Shown one piece after another: positions 27,969 through 37,587 of a DNA stretch of 64,000 nt. Within the stretch, counting starts at the first letter, position 1. The number at the start of each line of letters is the position of its first letter. The position numbers were made by a program, and so were the translations under genes. Source of the stretch: Spirochaetia bacterium (GTDB lineage: Bacteria > Spirochaetota > Spirochaetia > UBA9216); assembly GCA_963675665.1 (NCBI GenBank), contig OY776510.1:2688001-2752000 (forward strand), in the 5' to 3' direction. The notes under the pieces were generated by a model that worked only from the letters and a program-made list of their open reading frames with translations, was not told the origin of the DNA and did not search any database.

Positions 27969-29033
27969 ATGCCGATAAAACAGGAAAAACAACCGCCCGT
28001 ATACAGCCTTTCATGGGAAAACGGAAAACTTATATTTCTGGATCAGACAAAGCTCCCTGTTGAAGTTGTTTACGAAGAACAGAAATCAATCGAACAGGTC
28101 TGGAGCTCCATAAAACAACTGAAGGTAAGGGGAGCGCCTGCTATCGGAGTAGCCGGGGCTTACGGTTTGCTTTACGGCGTTATGGACAAACAGAAACGTG
28201 AAACGGAAGATTTTCTGGCTGAATTAAAAAAAAGCGTTGAATATCTGAATTCTTCCCGTCCTACTGCGGTAAATTTAAGCTGGGCCCTTAACAGAATGTA
28301 CAGGAAGGCTGAATCTCTTAAATCATTAGCTGCAGCAGAGTTATATGCACAGCTGGTGGAAGAGGCAAAAGCAATTCATGAAGAAGACAAAGCCCTGTCG
28401 ACAGGAATGGGCGAGAGCGGAAAACGCCTGATTAAGGAAGGCATGGGCGTGCTGACGCACTGCAACGCCGGTGCGCTTGCCGCATCAATACTTGGAACTG
28501 CTACGGCGCCGATGTACCTTGCACATGAAGCGGGAGTGAAATTCAGGGTCTATGCTGATGAAACAAGACCGCTTCTCCAGGGCGCCCGGCTGACTGCATG
28601 GGAGCTTCAGCAGGCAGGGCTGGATGTAACGCTGATATGCGATAATATGGCCGCTTACGTGATGTCCAAAGGCTTGATCGACCTTGTTATTACCGGTACC
28701 GACAGGGTCGCGGCAAACGGCGATACGGCGAATAAAATCGGAACCATGGGAGTTGCCATACTTGCCAAACATTTTAATATTCCGCTCTATATAGCCTGTC
28801 CCTCATCGACATTTGATATGAACACTGTCGAAGGCGACGATATCGAGATTGAAGAACGCGGTGAAGAAGAGGTTATATTCTTCGGCGAAAGAAGGACCGG
28901 GCCCGAAGGAATAAAAGTCAGAAACCCGGCCTTTGATGTTACGCCGCATGAGCTTATTACCGGCTTTATTACCGAAAACGGTATTGTTAAACCGCCGTTT
29001 AAAGAGAACCTGGCAAAAAAGTTCGGCCGATAA
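27969..29033 (+). CDS. mtnA: S-methyl-5-thioribose-1-phosphate isomerase
   Basis: 'LDQTKLP', 'VRGAPAIG', 'RPTAVNL', 'LTHCNAGALA', 'ETRPLLQGARLT', 'NKIGT', 'NPAFDVTP'. Confidence 0.93.
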   Translation: MPIKQEKQPPVYSLSWENGKLIFLDQTKLPVEVVYEEQKSIEQVWSSIKQLKVRGAPAIGVAGAYGLLYGVMDKQKRETEDFLAELKKSVEYLNSSRPTAVNLSWALNRMYRKAESLKSLAAAELYAQLVEEAKAIHEEDKALSTGMGESGKRLIKEGMGVLTHCNAGALAASILGTATAPMYLAHEAGVKFRVYADETRPLLQGARLTAWELQQAGLDVTLICDNMAAYVMSKGLIDLVITGTDRVAANGDTANKIGTMGVAILAKHFNIPLYIACPSSTFDMNTVEGDDIEIEERGEEEVIFFGERRTGPEGIKVRNPAFDVTPHELITGFITENGIVKPPFKENLAKKFGR

Positions 29034-29050
29034 TAAGCTCTAACAAAGTA

Positions 29051-29959
29051 TTATCTTTCAAGCCAGTCGGCCATGAATTTATATATTTCATCCCGGTTTA
29101 TTTCGTTAAGACTTTCATGGCGGCCGTCTTTGTTAAGAACAAGTTCGACGTTGTTGCAGCCGAACGACTTGTATTTCTCTGCTACAGCCGAAATAAGGCT
29201 GCCGTTGCCCCCTACCGGGTCATGGTCGCCGGAGTAGAACAGAATTGGAAGATTATTCGGCGTATCTTTGAAGGCTTTATCGGATTTAAGGAAACTGATT
29301 CCATCGGCAAAATCCATATAAAGTCCTATCCGGCAGATAAAACCGCAAAACGGATCGGCCAGGTATTCGTCGACTTTAGCTTCATCCCGGGAAATCCATT
29401 CAAAACCGGTTCTTCCGGGCTTGAACTGGTCATTCAGTTTTGAAAAGGACAGTTTATCCAGAAGCTTTGCTTCAGCTTTCTTGCCGAAAAATATTTTCTG
29501 TATTTTGGCTATGCCGGTAAGAAGTTTTACCTGGATATCGGAAAAATCTCCGCTGCCCGAAAGGATAACCTTGGCAATTTTCTCCGGATGTTCGGCAATA
29601 ATTTTTCTGGTTAAAAACGAGCCCATACTGTGTCCGAATATATAATAGGGAATATCGGGGTTTTCGTCTCTCAGCCAGTCGGCAAGTCGAAGGTTGTCTC
29701 TGATAACCTTGTTCCATCCGTCGGAGTCGGCAAAATATCCTGTATTTTCCAATGTTCCGGCAGTCTCCCCGTGACCGCGGTGGTCTTCACCGGCAACCAG
29801 GAATCCCCTGCTGTTCAGAAATTCAGCAAATTCATTATATCTGGAAATATGATCCGCCATTCCATGGAGAATCTGAACAATGCCTTTCGGGTTTTGAATT
29901 TCCCATTTTTTCGCGCTGATTAATTTGCCGTCTTCCGCTGTGAAACTGTAATCTGTCAC
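29051..29959 (-). CDS. Alpha/beta hydrolase (lysophospholipase-like)
   Basis: 'HGMADH', 'DHRGHG', GHSMG nucleophile elbow, 'RHESLNE'; GTG start. Confidence 0.9.
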   Translation of the reverse strand: MTDYSFTAEDGKLISAKKWEIQNPKGIVQILHGMADHISRYNEFAEFLNSRGFLVAGEDHRGHGETAGTLENTGYFADSDGWNKVIRDNLRLADWLRDENPDIPYYIFGHSMGSFLTRKIIAEHPEKIAKVILSGSGDFSDIQVKLLTGIAKIQKIFFGKKAEAKLLDKLSFSKLNDQFKPGRTGFEWISRDEAKVDEYLADPFCGFICRIGLYMDFADGISFLKSDKAFKDTPNNLPILFYSGDHDPVGGNGSLISAVAEKYKSFGCNNVELVLNKDGRHESLNEINRDEIYKFMADWLER

Positions 29960-30020
29960 TTCTATCTCCTCTGTTGTCCTTCAACCGAAAATTATATCAC
30001 GGGCGCATAATCTTAGGTAT

Positions 30021-30056
30021 AAAAAAATCCTGCCGGTTATAAAACAGCAGAATTTT
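30021..30056 (-). terminator. Terminator of kdgK
   Basis: Minus strand AAAATTCTGCTGTT-TTAT-AACCGGCAGGATTTT(TTT). Confidence 0.7.
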
Positions 30057-30079
30057 AATAAGAAGACGCGTAAGCCTTT

Positions 30080-31180
30080 TTACCGTTCGACTCTAGCATT
30101 ACCGCCTGTCGCTATTTTTTCAACTTCTTTTAAGGAAGCCATTGAAGTATCTCCCGGAGTTGTCATTGCAAGCGCGCCGTGTGCGGCGCCGTAGTTTAAT
30201 GCAGTCTCAGGATCCTTGCCTGCGAGGAAGCCGTATATAAGTCCGGACGCAAAGCTGTCGCCGCCGCCGACACGATCATAAATTTCAAGACGGGGCCTTT
30301 CCATTGATCTGTAGAATTTACCGTCCGCATAAAGAATGGCGCTCCAGTCGTTGACTGTTGCGGTGATAACATCCCTGAGGGTTGTGGCTATCGCCTTGAA
30401 ATTGGGATACTGTGCCGAGACTGTCCGAATCATTTCCTTGTAGTTGTCGATATCAAGGCCCTGGAAACCTTTTTGGGCGCTTTCAAGCTTAAACCCCAGG
30501 GCTGCTGAAAAATCCTCTTCATTTCCGATCATTACATCTACATACTTTGCTATTTCCCGGTTGATTTCCTGTGCATGGGCCTGTCCCCCGTTTGATTTCC
30601 ACAGTGACGGGCGGTAGTTAAGATCATAGCTGATAACGGTGCCGGCAGCCTTTGCCGCCTTCATTGACTCAATAGTCAGTTCAGCCGCTGTTTCCGACAG
30701 GGCTGCGTATATTCCTCCGGTATGAAACCAGCGGACACCGTCCTTTGCAAACAGGCTGTCCCAGTCGATATCACCGGGTTTAAGCGCAGAGGCGGCAGTA
30801 TGGGCCCTGTCGGATACGCCGAGTGCCCCTCGAATGCCGAAGCCTTTTTCAACAAAGTTAAGACCCTGCCTGCAGTTTCGACCTATACCGTCATAATCAA
30901 AAAATTTCGAATAACTGTAATCTACACCGCCCTGTGAAATCAAATCTTCAAGAAGCAGGCCTAGATCGTTTTCCGGAATCCCTGTTACAATAGCTGTTTT
31001 AAGTTTAAAACATTTGTGAAGACCCCGGATAACGTTATATTCGCCGCCGCCTTCCCATACCTTGAAATCTCTTGTATTTCTGATTCGGCCGTCGCCGGGA
31101 TCAAATCTCAGCATTATTTCACCCAATGCAAGGGCGTCCCATTTGCATTCGGCTGATTGTTTTATATTGAGAAAGGACAT
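30080..31180 (-). CDS. kdgK: 2-dehydro-3-deoxygluconokinase (PfkB family)
   Basis: 'GEIMLR', 'GGGEYNV', 'SYDLNYRPSLW', 'DRVGGGDSF', 'TTPGD'. Confidence 0.9.
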   Translation of the reverse strand: MSFLNIKQSAECKWDALALGEIMLRFDPGDGRIRNTRDFKVWEGGGEYNVIRGLHKCFKLKTAIVTGIPENDLGLLLEDLISQGGVDYSYSKFFDYDGIGRNCRQGLNFVEKGFGIRGALGVSDRAHTAASALKPGDIDWDSLFAKDGVRWFHTGGIYAALSETAAELTIESMKAAKAAGTVISYDLNYRPSLWKSNGGQAHAQEINREIAKYVDVMIGNEEDFSAALGFKLESAQKGFQGLDIDNYKEMIRTVSAQYPNFKAIATTLRDVITATVNDWSAILYADGKFYRSMERPRLEIYDRVGGGDSFASGLIYGFLAGKDPETALNYGAAHGALAMTTPGDTSMASLKEVEKIATGGNARVER

Positions 31181-31201
31181 AATTCTCCTCCGTGAAATTG
31201 T

Positions 31202-31254
31202 GTTTTATAATATGAAACTTTATAAATTATAAAAGCGCTGAAAAAAGTTGTCAA
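31202..31254 (-). promoter_or_regulatory. kdgK consensus promoter with IclR-type operator at +1
   Basis: Minus TTGACA-N17-TATAAT (31254-31226); palindrome GTTTTATA-A-TATGAAAC at 31202-31218; related site at 31293-31309. Confidence 0.75.
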
Positions 31255-31299
31255 TATTACTTGATTAAAAAAAATTCATAATCTAAAATAAAGTTTCAT

Positions 31300-32070
31300 A
31301 TGGCGGAACAAATTGACGGAAAAGCCACAGGTGTACAATCAATAGACAGGGCATTTGATATTCTTGAATGTCTTTCATGCGAGCATAAAGGAATCAGGCT
31401 TACGGATTTATCTGAGCAGCTTGGACTTCATAAATCGACGGTGCACAGAATATTAAATTCAATGCAGGAGCGCGGTTATGTTGAAAAAGCAGATCGAAGC
31501 TATAAGCTCGGACCTGGATTTATTCATCTGTCAAGCCAGTTCCTGAACAGTATTGAGTTAAAAACAGAAGCGGAACCCTTACTCCGAAGCCTGTCGGATG
31601 AAACGGGCCAGACTGTCTTTATGGCGGTCAGGGAAGATACTGATGTGGTATATATAGACAAGGTTGAACAGTTTAACAGTCTGCGGAGGTATTCGATTAT
31701 CGGCACAAGAGCGCCTGTTTACTGTACATCATTGGGACGTGCCCTGTTATTCGACAGTGATGAAATATATATAAGAAACCTTTTAAAGAAAATTGAATTA
31801 AAAAAAATTACCCGGAATACTGTCACAAATGTTGAGAATCTGATAGAAATGATAACCGAATTTAATGAAAGAGGCTGGTCCGAGGATAACGAAGAGCATC
31901 AGGAAGGTGTCAGATGTGCAGGAGCTCCGGTTTATGATTACCGTAGACGAATAATAGCCGCAATCAGTACCGCATGGAGCGTAAGAAAGACCGGGACAGA
32001 CCCGGATGTAATCGGAAGACTTGTGAAGGAGACAGCAGAGCAGATTTCAAAAAGGCTGGGCTGGATATAA
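31300..32070 (+). CDS. kdgR: IclR-family regulator (KdgR-like)
   Basis: 'VQSIDRAFDIL', 'LHKSTVHRIL', 'CTSLGRA'; divergent from kdgK. Confidence 0.75.
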   Translation: MAEQIDGKATGVQSIDRAFDILECLSCEHKGIRLTDLSEQLGLHKSTVHRILNSMQERGYVEKADRSYKLGPGFIHLSSQFLNSIELKTEAEPLLRSLSDETGQTVFMAVREDTDVVYIDKVEQFNSLRRYSIIGTRAPVYCTSLGRALLFDSDEIYIRNLLKKIELKKITRNTVTNVENLIEMITEFNERGWSEDNEEHQEGVRCAGAPVYDYRRRIIAAISTAWSVRKTGTDPDVIGRLVKETAEQISKRLGWI

Positions 32071-32102
32071 CAACCGATAACAAACAGAAACAAGGGACAA
32101 AG

Positions 32103-32957
32103 TTGGAAGAAACAATATCATTCATCACTGAAAATCTTAACAGTAAAAGGCTTGAGGAGATTACTACTGCAGTAATTAATGCTTACAGGAATGAGGACGA
32201 GTCTGCTCTTAGAACATATGCCGGGGTACTGAATATTAATAAAGATGCCGGACGCAGAAAGATGTTTTATGCAATTGTTCAGAGGCTGCATCCTGATCGC
32301 CTGCCGGTTCTTAAAGATGAATTCAAAAAGGCGAAATCCTGCTGTGATATTGAAGTCCTCTCAAATATGAAAAAACTGTTGCAGGTCAAAGTAAGCGCTG
32401 CTGCGCTAAAGGCTGAGAGATTTGAATACGAGCATCATGAAACATGGAATACCGGATTTGACGAAACGGATTTTGACGATTATGTCGAAGGTGCTGATGT
32501 ATTTGAAGATGAAGAGGCTGATTCGGATTTTTATAAAGCGGTTAAGGATGTTATTTTCGGCAACCATGATTTCAGCATTGCGCCTTCCGATCTTGGTCAG
32601 ATTGACGGCGGGCTTGATCTTGGATACTGCGGCCTTGAGGATATCGATGGGATAGAATTCTGCCGGAATGTAAGAAGTTTGAATATTTCCGGGAACAGTA
32701 TATCCAATATCTATGATCTTCAACATCTTTCCCAGCTTGAAGAGCTGTATGCTGCAGATAATTTAATCAGGGATATCGATTCTATTATGAACCTTGAATG
32801 GCTGGAAATAATTGATTTGTCGGGCAATGAAATTGAAGATATCACTCCTCTTCTTAACATGAGCAACCTGAAATTTGTAAACATAATGAAAAATCCTGTT
32901 TCCGATCGGACAATAATAGAAAAACTTGAAGCTGACGGGGTTATTGTGCTGCGCTGA
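32103..32957 (+). CDS. Leucine-rich-repeat protein with N-terminal HPD-containing (J-domain-like) segment
   Basis: LxxLxLxxN repeats in the C-terminal half; 'RRKMFYAIVQRLHPDRL'; TTG start after AAGGGA. Confidence 0.8.
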   Translation: MEETISFITENLNSKRLEEITTAVINAYRNEDESALRTYAGVLNINKDAGRRKMFYAIVQRLHPDRLPVLKDEFKKAKSCCDIEVLSNMKKLLQVKVSAAALKAERFEYEHHETWNTGFDETDFDDYVEGADVFEDEEADSDFYKAVKDVIFGNHDFSIAPSDLGQIDGGLDLGYCGLEDIDGIEFCRNVRSLNISGNSISNIYDLQHLSQLEELYAADNLIRDIDSIMNLEWLEIIDLSGNEIEDITPLLNMSNLKFVNIMKNPVSDRTIIEKLEADGVIVLR

Positions 32958-32959
32958 GT

Positions 32960-34174
32960 TCAGGAAGCTGCTTTCAGTAAAAAGCCGATAAATCTCCAGA
33001 CGGAATTCAGTTTTGCTGTTGTTCCGAAAGTGCGAAACATAAGCCGTTCAAATACCGTAATGAGTTTAAATGAATTTTTGATATAGCGGTAGAATTTCCA
33101 GCTGTTCTGCTGTTTAAGGTAACCTGCCGATAATTCCGCGGTCCATATTACATTGGTGCCGGACATCCTTTCGGCAAGCATCTTAACCCATCCTGCAGAC
33201 TGTGCCATTGCATAATAAATTCCGGCGGAACCGTTGGCATCAACCATTCCGACAGCGTCGCCGAGAAGCACGGCTCCTCCGTTCCCCATAATATTATTTT
33301 CAATAAATTTCCTGTTCTGGATAGAAGTGAGCTTTTCGTATTCGGTAGAGCTGTCCGTAAAAAAACCGCTGAATCCCGGAAGGCTCTTTTTAACTTCTTC
33401 CCAGGCCGTTAACATTTCCTTATCCGACGGCATTCTGACTTTCTTGAGTTTTTCAAACTGGCTTAGCCTGAGCATAAGCCCGGCTTCAAACTTGTCGCTG
33501 CCGAGCGGAAATGCAAACGCAAATGCCGGCGGAATGCCTGAAACGGATTTAAGACTGTCCGGTAGTATTGTATAAAACTGAAGATCGGTAGAACCGGAAG
33601 GCAGTTTTACTGATGCAGGCAGGCCGCTGTTGAGACGTCCCCTGTATTTTATTGTGGGACAGGCAGCGGCGTCAGTATCAATACCGTAGTGCGCAGCAAC
33701 GGGGCAGGTGCGTCCTCCGCAGCCCAGTACAGTTTTTGCATCGATGGTTTGCTTTGAGTTATCAGTAATGTATTCAAGACCGTAAGCAAGACCGGAATCA
33801 TTTACAAGAACGCCTGATACTTCTGCATTAAAAATGAATTCAGCGCCGAGGCTTATCGCCTTTTTATAAAGGGGCTCGATGAAATCACGCCACTCGAAAA
33901 AATAGTAAGGTTCCTTAACTTTTACCAGAGTGCTTTTCCTGCTTTCGGGACTATGGAACCTGCGGGTTTCAGATTTAAAACCGCTGATTTCTTCCAAAAA
34001 CCCCGGATACATGAGTTTGTCGAGTAATACATGATGCGGCATACTCTCTCCGCGGGGTTCCGGGCCTGCAAGCGGTCCCTTTTCAAGAACGGTTACGGAT
34101 CTTCCGAGAGATGCGGCTGTTATCGCAGCTGCAAGCCCGGCAGGCCCGGCGCCTGCAACAACGAAATCGTACAT
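32960..34174 (-). CDS. FAD-dependent oxidoreductase, geranylgeranyl-reductase family
   Basis: 'VAGAGPAG', 'LLGDAVGMVD..GSAGIYYAM'. Confidence 0.82.
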   Translation of the reverse strand: MYDFVVAGAGPAGLAAAITAASLGRSVTVLEKGPLAGPEPRGESMPHHVLLDKLMYPGFLEEISGFKSETRRFHSPESRKSTLVKVKEPYYFFEWRDFIEPLYKKAISLGAEFIFNAEVSGVLVNDSGLAYGLEYITDNSKQTIDAKTVLGCGGRTCPVAAHYGIDTDAAACPTIKYRGRLNSGLPASVKLPSGSTDLQFYTILPDSLKSVSGIPPAFAFAFPLGSDKFEAGLMLRLSQFEKLKKVRMPSDKEMLTAWEEVKKSLPGFSGFFTDSSTEYEKLTSIQNRKFIENNIMGNGGAVLLGDAVGMVDANGSAGIYYAMAQSAGWVKMLAERMSGTNVIWTAELSAGYLKQQNSWKFYRYIKNSFKLITVFERLMFRTFGTTAKLNSVWRFIGFLLKAAS

Positions 34175-34175
34175 T

Positions 34176-35225
34176 TTACAGTTTTATTACGTCAAGCGCA
34201 GGAATTGACGACAACAGCGGAACAGTATCAATACTGCAGGCGCCGTGCTTGATTAGTTCATAACGGACTTTTGCCAGGGGCAGTTCGGGACTGTCGGTTT
34301 CAACCTGGATTGAATACTGCGCAAAACTTTTTCCCGGGTTAATAGTCGGCTCTTCGGCATAGAGGTTATATTCCGTCAGGTACTTTTCAACCATATCCTT
34401 CTTACTGACAGGAACATTGAAAAGAAGCATAACCCTGTTCTCTGCGTTTATAGTCCCATGAAGGTTGAGAAGGAGCATTTTAAGAAGCTCTGTTTTTTCA
34501 GGATTGTCTTTAACTGAAGGGTTAATCCAGATTCCTGTTTCGCTTTTCATTATTTCATCAATAATCTTGAGTCCGTAGTTTTTCAGGGCGCTTCCCGATT
34601 GTGTAATTTCCACTCCGATATCCGCACCGCCGTTTTTAACCTTTGCCTCGGTTTTTCCCCAGGTTTCGTAAACTACAATGCCGGTATCGTTTTTCGGCGG
34701 AGTTTTATATTTCTGTACGGACCAGGCGCTGTATTCGTCATACTTTCCTATTTTTTTCAATGCCGACTGAAGCCATTCAATTGCCATGTAAGGCATTTCC
34801 GATACTACCGTTATCAGCTTTTTTTCAGCCGTAAGCACTCGAAGTCTGTCTTCAATATTATCTGAACTGTCCGACTCATCGGTTATACCGACGATACGGA
34901 CGCCTCCGCGCTGCAGCGAAAGAACTTTTTCAAGGTCAAGATTTTTTCCGTATTCAATCCTGAGTTCCACTATACGCTCATGGATCCAGTCGTCTCCGGC
35001 TATGGCCACATCAAGTTCGCCCAGCATCATCTGTGAGCCGAACTCCTGGGGCCGTCCGTCCCAGCCGAACAGAAAATTGACTGTCTGAAAGGTCGTCGGG
35101 CCTCCGTTCTCATATCCCCTTGTTTTAAATCCGGCGTTATCGAGCAGATTAATAAGATTCCCGCCTCTGTTCGGATTAGCAAGTGAGCCGGCAGGCATTC
35201 CGATAGTTAATCCGGTGTTATTCAT
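34176..35225 (-). CDS. hisG: ATP phosphoribosyltransferase (divergent long form)
   Basis: 'GMPAGSL', 'RPQE', 'LDVAIAGDDW', 'WGKTEAK', 'VEITQSGSALKNYGL'. Confidence 0.8.
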   Translation of the reverse strand: MNNTGLTIGMPAGSLANPNRGGNLINLLDNAGFKTRGYENGGPTTFQTVNFLFGWDGRPQEFGSQMMLGELDVAIAGDDWIHERIVELRIEYGKNLDLEKVLSLQRGGVRIVGITDESDSSDNIEDRLRVLTAEKKLITVVSEMPYMAIEWLQSALKKIGKYDEYSAWSVQKYKTPPKNDTGIVVYETWGKTEAKVKNGGADIGVEITQSGSALKNYGLKIIDEIMKSETGIWINPSVKDNPEKTELLKMLLLNLHGTINAENRVMLLFNVPVSKKDMVEKYLTEYNLYAEEPTINPGKSFAQYSIQVETDSPELPLAKVRYELIKHGACSIDTVPLLSSIPALDVIKL

Positions 35226-35611
35226 TTCTCTATAAACTCCAGTTTTCCGTCTTCGGTAATTTTTCGGTAATAACAGGAGGTGTGCGGCTTACCGTTATCG
35301 CATTTTGCGTGGCAGGCGCCATTCCCCTGGGGTACAACCAGGTACACAAGTGAATTCTGTTCACAGTTTATTCTGATCTCCTCAACCTTAAGCATGTCTC
35401 CGCTTGTCATGCCTTTTTTCCATAGTTCGGATCTGCTGCGGCTCCAGTACGTGGCATATCCGCTTTTTCTTGTTTCGTCGAAAGCCTGTTTGTTCGCAAA
35501 TGCAAGTATAAGTACTTCTTTAGTGTTAATGTCCTGGGTTACAACAGGAACAAGAGTATTTCCGTTTTCTCCGAAATCCAGTAATAATTCTTCAGTATAT
35601 TCTTTGCTCAT
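35222..35611 (-). CDS. hisI: Phosphoribosyl-AMP cyclohydrolase
   Basis: 'LVPVVTQD', 'YWSRSRSELWKKG.TSG', 'NCEQNS', 'ACH', 'SCYY'. Confidence 0.9.
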   Translation of the reverse strand: MSKEYTEELLLDFGENGNTLVPVVTQDINTKEVLILAFANKQAFDETRKSGYATYWSRSRSELWKKGMTSGDMLKVEEIRINCEQNSLVYLVVPQGNGACHAKCDNGKPHTSCYYRKITEDGKLEFIEK

Positions 35612-35676
35612 AATAAATTGATTGTACCCTATTTGCTGTTGCAATACACTAGTTTTTCTGTAAAAATACATTCAGA

Positions 35677-37560
35677 ATGAATAGAAACTTATTCCGCAAA
35701 GTAGTCACGACACTGATTTTTTTATCTCTTTTTCTTCAGATCGCAGCTGCATCAGAGGTCGGTACAATTGATTCACGTTTCCTGAATATAACAAGGACGG
35801 TTCAGACTTCTACGGGAATCAAATACGCGGCAGCAGTTAACGACGGTTTCCTGGTGTCTTTCGATGAAGGACGGCACTGGAGCCGGCGTAATAACGGGTT
35901 ACCGCAGAAGATTGTGTATCCGTTTCTAAATGAAGAAATAGAAACAATTACTTCAATTGGTTTTGACCCTCTGGATGAAACAAGACTTGTCTGCACAACA
36001 GCTTCCAGTCTTTTTGTTTCCGAAAATTCCGGGAGGAACTGGTCTGAAATAGCGGTAAAGTCGCCGGTCAGCAAATCAAATATTCTGACGGGTGCAGCGC
36101 CTTCTCCTTTTGATAAAAAAACATTTCTTATAGCAACATCTTTCAGCGGAATTTTCGAAACTGTCGACGGAGGGCAAAGCTGGACGGAGATTGCAGAAAA
36201 GACAATTCTCTACCGGGGTGCCGGGTTTAACGAAGAAATCGCGGCTGTGGTATATTCACCTGCAGACCCCGAAGTAATTTATATTGCATATTCGTTCGGC
36301 AACGGTTTATACAGAAGCAATCCCGAACGAAGTTCATGGATTAAAATCAGGGGATTATCTGAAAATAACAGTATCAGAACAATTCAATTTGAAGACGGCC
36401 TGCTGAATGTTGAGTTCATTAACGGAACGGCTGATTATTCACCTTCGACAGGCGTATGGTCGGAGATGAAACATAATACAGATCTGCTAACCTCTGCGGT
36501 AGAACAGGCTTCTGCAAGATCAAAACGGCTTGAAGCCGCTGCCGATCATCAGGGAATGTATATAGGACCATGGCACGCAAGCGGAGAAAGATTGAAAGCC
36601 CACCTTGATTTTATGGAAGAGAACGGTCTTGAATCTATTGTAGTGGATATAAAGGATGATTTCGGTTTTTTGACATATGACTCCAAACTTGAACTGCCAA
36701 ACCGGATTGGAGCTGTCAACGATCGTCTGCACATAAAAAACCTGATTGAAGAAGCCCACTCACGGGATATATACGTAATCGGCAGAATTGTTGTATTCAA
36801 GGACAAGCAGCTTTTTCACTACAATGATAACGAATACGCGCTGAAAGACAAGTATTCCGGTGAACCGTGGCGGTACATGATAAAAACGGAAGACTCCGAA
36901 ACCGGCGATGTGAAATGGGAACAGCGTGAGTTCTGGGTCGACCCGTTCAGTCAGGCAGTCTGGGAATACAATGCAGATATCGCGGAAGAACTTCAGGAGC
37001 TGGGTGTTGATGAAATTCAGTTTGACTATATCAGGTTCCCGTCGGACGGCGACACTGAAAGGATAGCTTTCAGTAGTACTTACCCGGGGATGTCCAGGAT
37101 AAACGCGCTGGAATCATTTTTCAGGCTGGTCAGGGAGCGTGTTCATATACCTATCAGTACGGATCTTTACGGTTTTAATTCATACTACAGGATGGGTAAC
37201 TGGATAGGGCAGAATATCGAGATGCTGGCTGAATATGTCGACGTAATCTGCCCCATGTATTATCCGTCTCATTTTCCAAGGAATTTCATGAAGGAAGTTC
37301 CGTATCTTGAGAGAGCGGGGGAGATTTATCGTGAAGGCACAATACGGGCCGCCGAGATTGTCGCCGGCCGCAGTCTGATAAGACCTTATGTTCAGGCGTT
37401 TCTTTTACCGTCAGAGTACTATATGGAAGAGGCTGAATATCAGGAGTATCTTATGCAGCAGCTTCGCGGATGCCGGGATGCCGGTTCTTCAGGCTGGACT
37501 TTATGGAACATGTCCAACAAATACTATATGGTACCGGTACCGCTTTATGAGAAATACTGA
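35677..37560 (+). CDS. Exported protein: BNR/beta-propeller N-terminus + putative glycoside hydrolase (DUF4015-like)
   Basis: Asp-box repeats (SFDEG.HW, SENSG.NW, TVDGG.SW); 'DIKDDFG', 'GRIVVFKD', 'DEIQFDYIRFP', 'PMYYPSH'. Confidence 0.82.
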   Translation: MNRNLFRKVVTTLIFLSLFLQIAAASEVGTIDSRFLNITRTVQTSTGIKYAAAVNDGFLVSFDEGRHWSRRNNGLPQKIVYPFLNEEIETITSIGFDPLDETRLVCTTASSLFVSENSGRNWSEIAVKSPVSKSNILTGAAPSPFDKKTFLIATSFSGIFETVDGGQSWTEIAEKTILYRGAGFNEEIAAVVYSPADPEVIYIAYSFGNGLYRSNPERSSWIKIRGLSENNSIRTIQFEDGLLNVEFINGTADYSPSTGVWSEMKHNTDLLTSAVEQASARSKRLEAAADHQGMYIGPWHASGERLKAHLDFMEENGLESIVVDIKDDFGFLTYDSKLELPNRIGAVNDRLHIKNLIEEAHSRDIYVIGRIVVFKDKQLFHYNDNEYALKDKYSGEPWRYMIKTEDSETGDVKWEQREFWVDPFSQAVWEYNADIAEELQELGVDEIQFDYIRFPSDGDTERIAFSSTYPGMSRINALESFFRLVRERVHIPISTDLYGFNSYYRMGNWIGQNIEMLAEYVDVICPMYYPSHFPRNFMKEVPYLERAGEIYREGTIRAAEIVAGRSLIRPYVQAFLLPSEYYMEEAEYQEYLMQQLRGCRDAGSSGWTLWNMSNKYYMVPVPLYEKY

Positions 37561-37587
37561 CGGGCGTAATTAAAAACCTGGAACGGA

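Noticed and set aside
31974-32102. Upstream ATG extension of the LRR gene overlapping kdgR
   Set aside because: TTG at 32103 has an SD-like AAGGGA and avoids a 97-bp overlap
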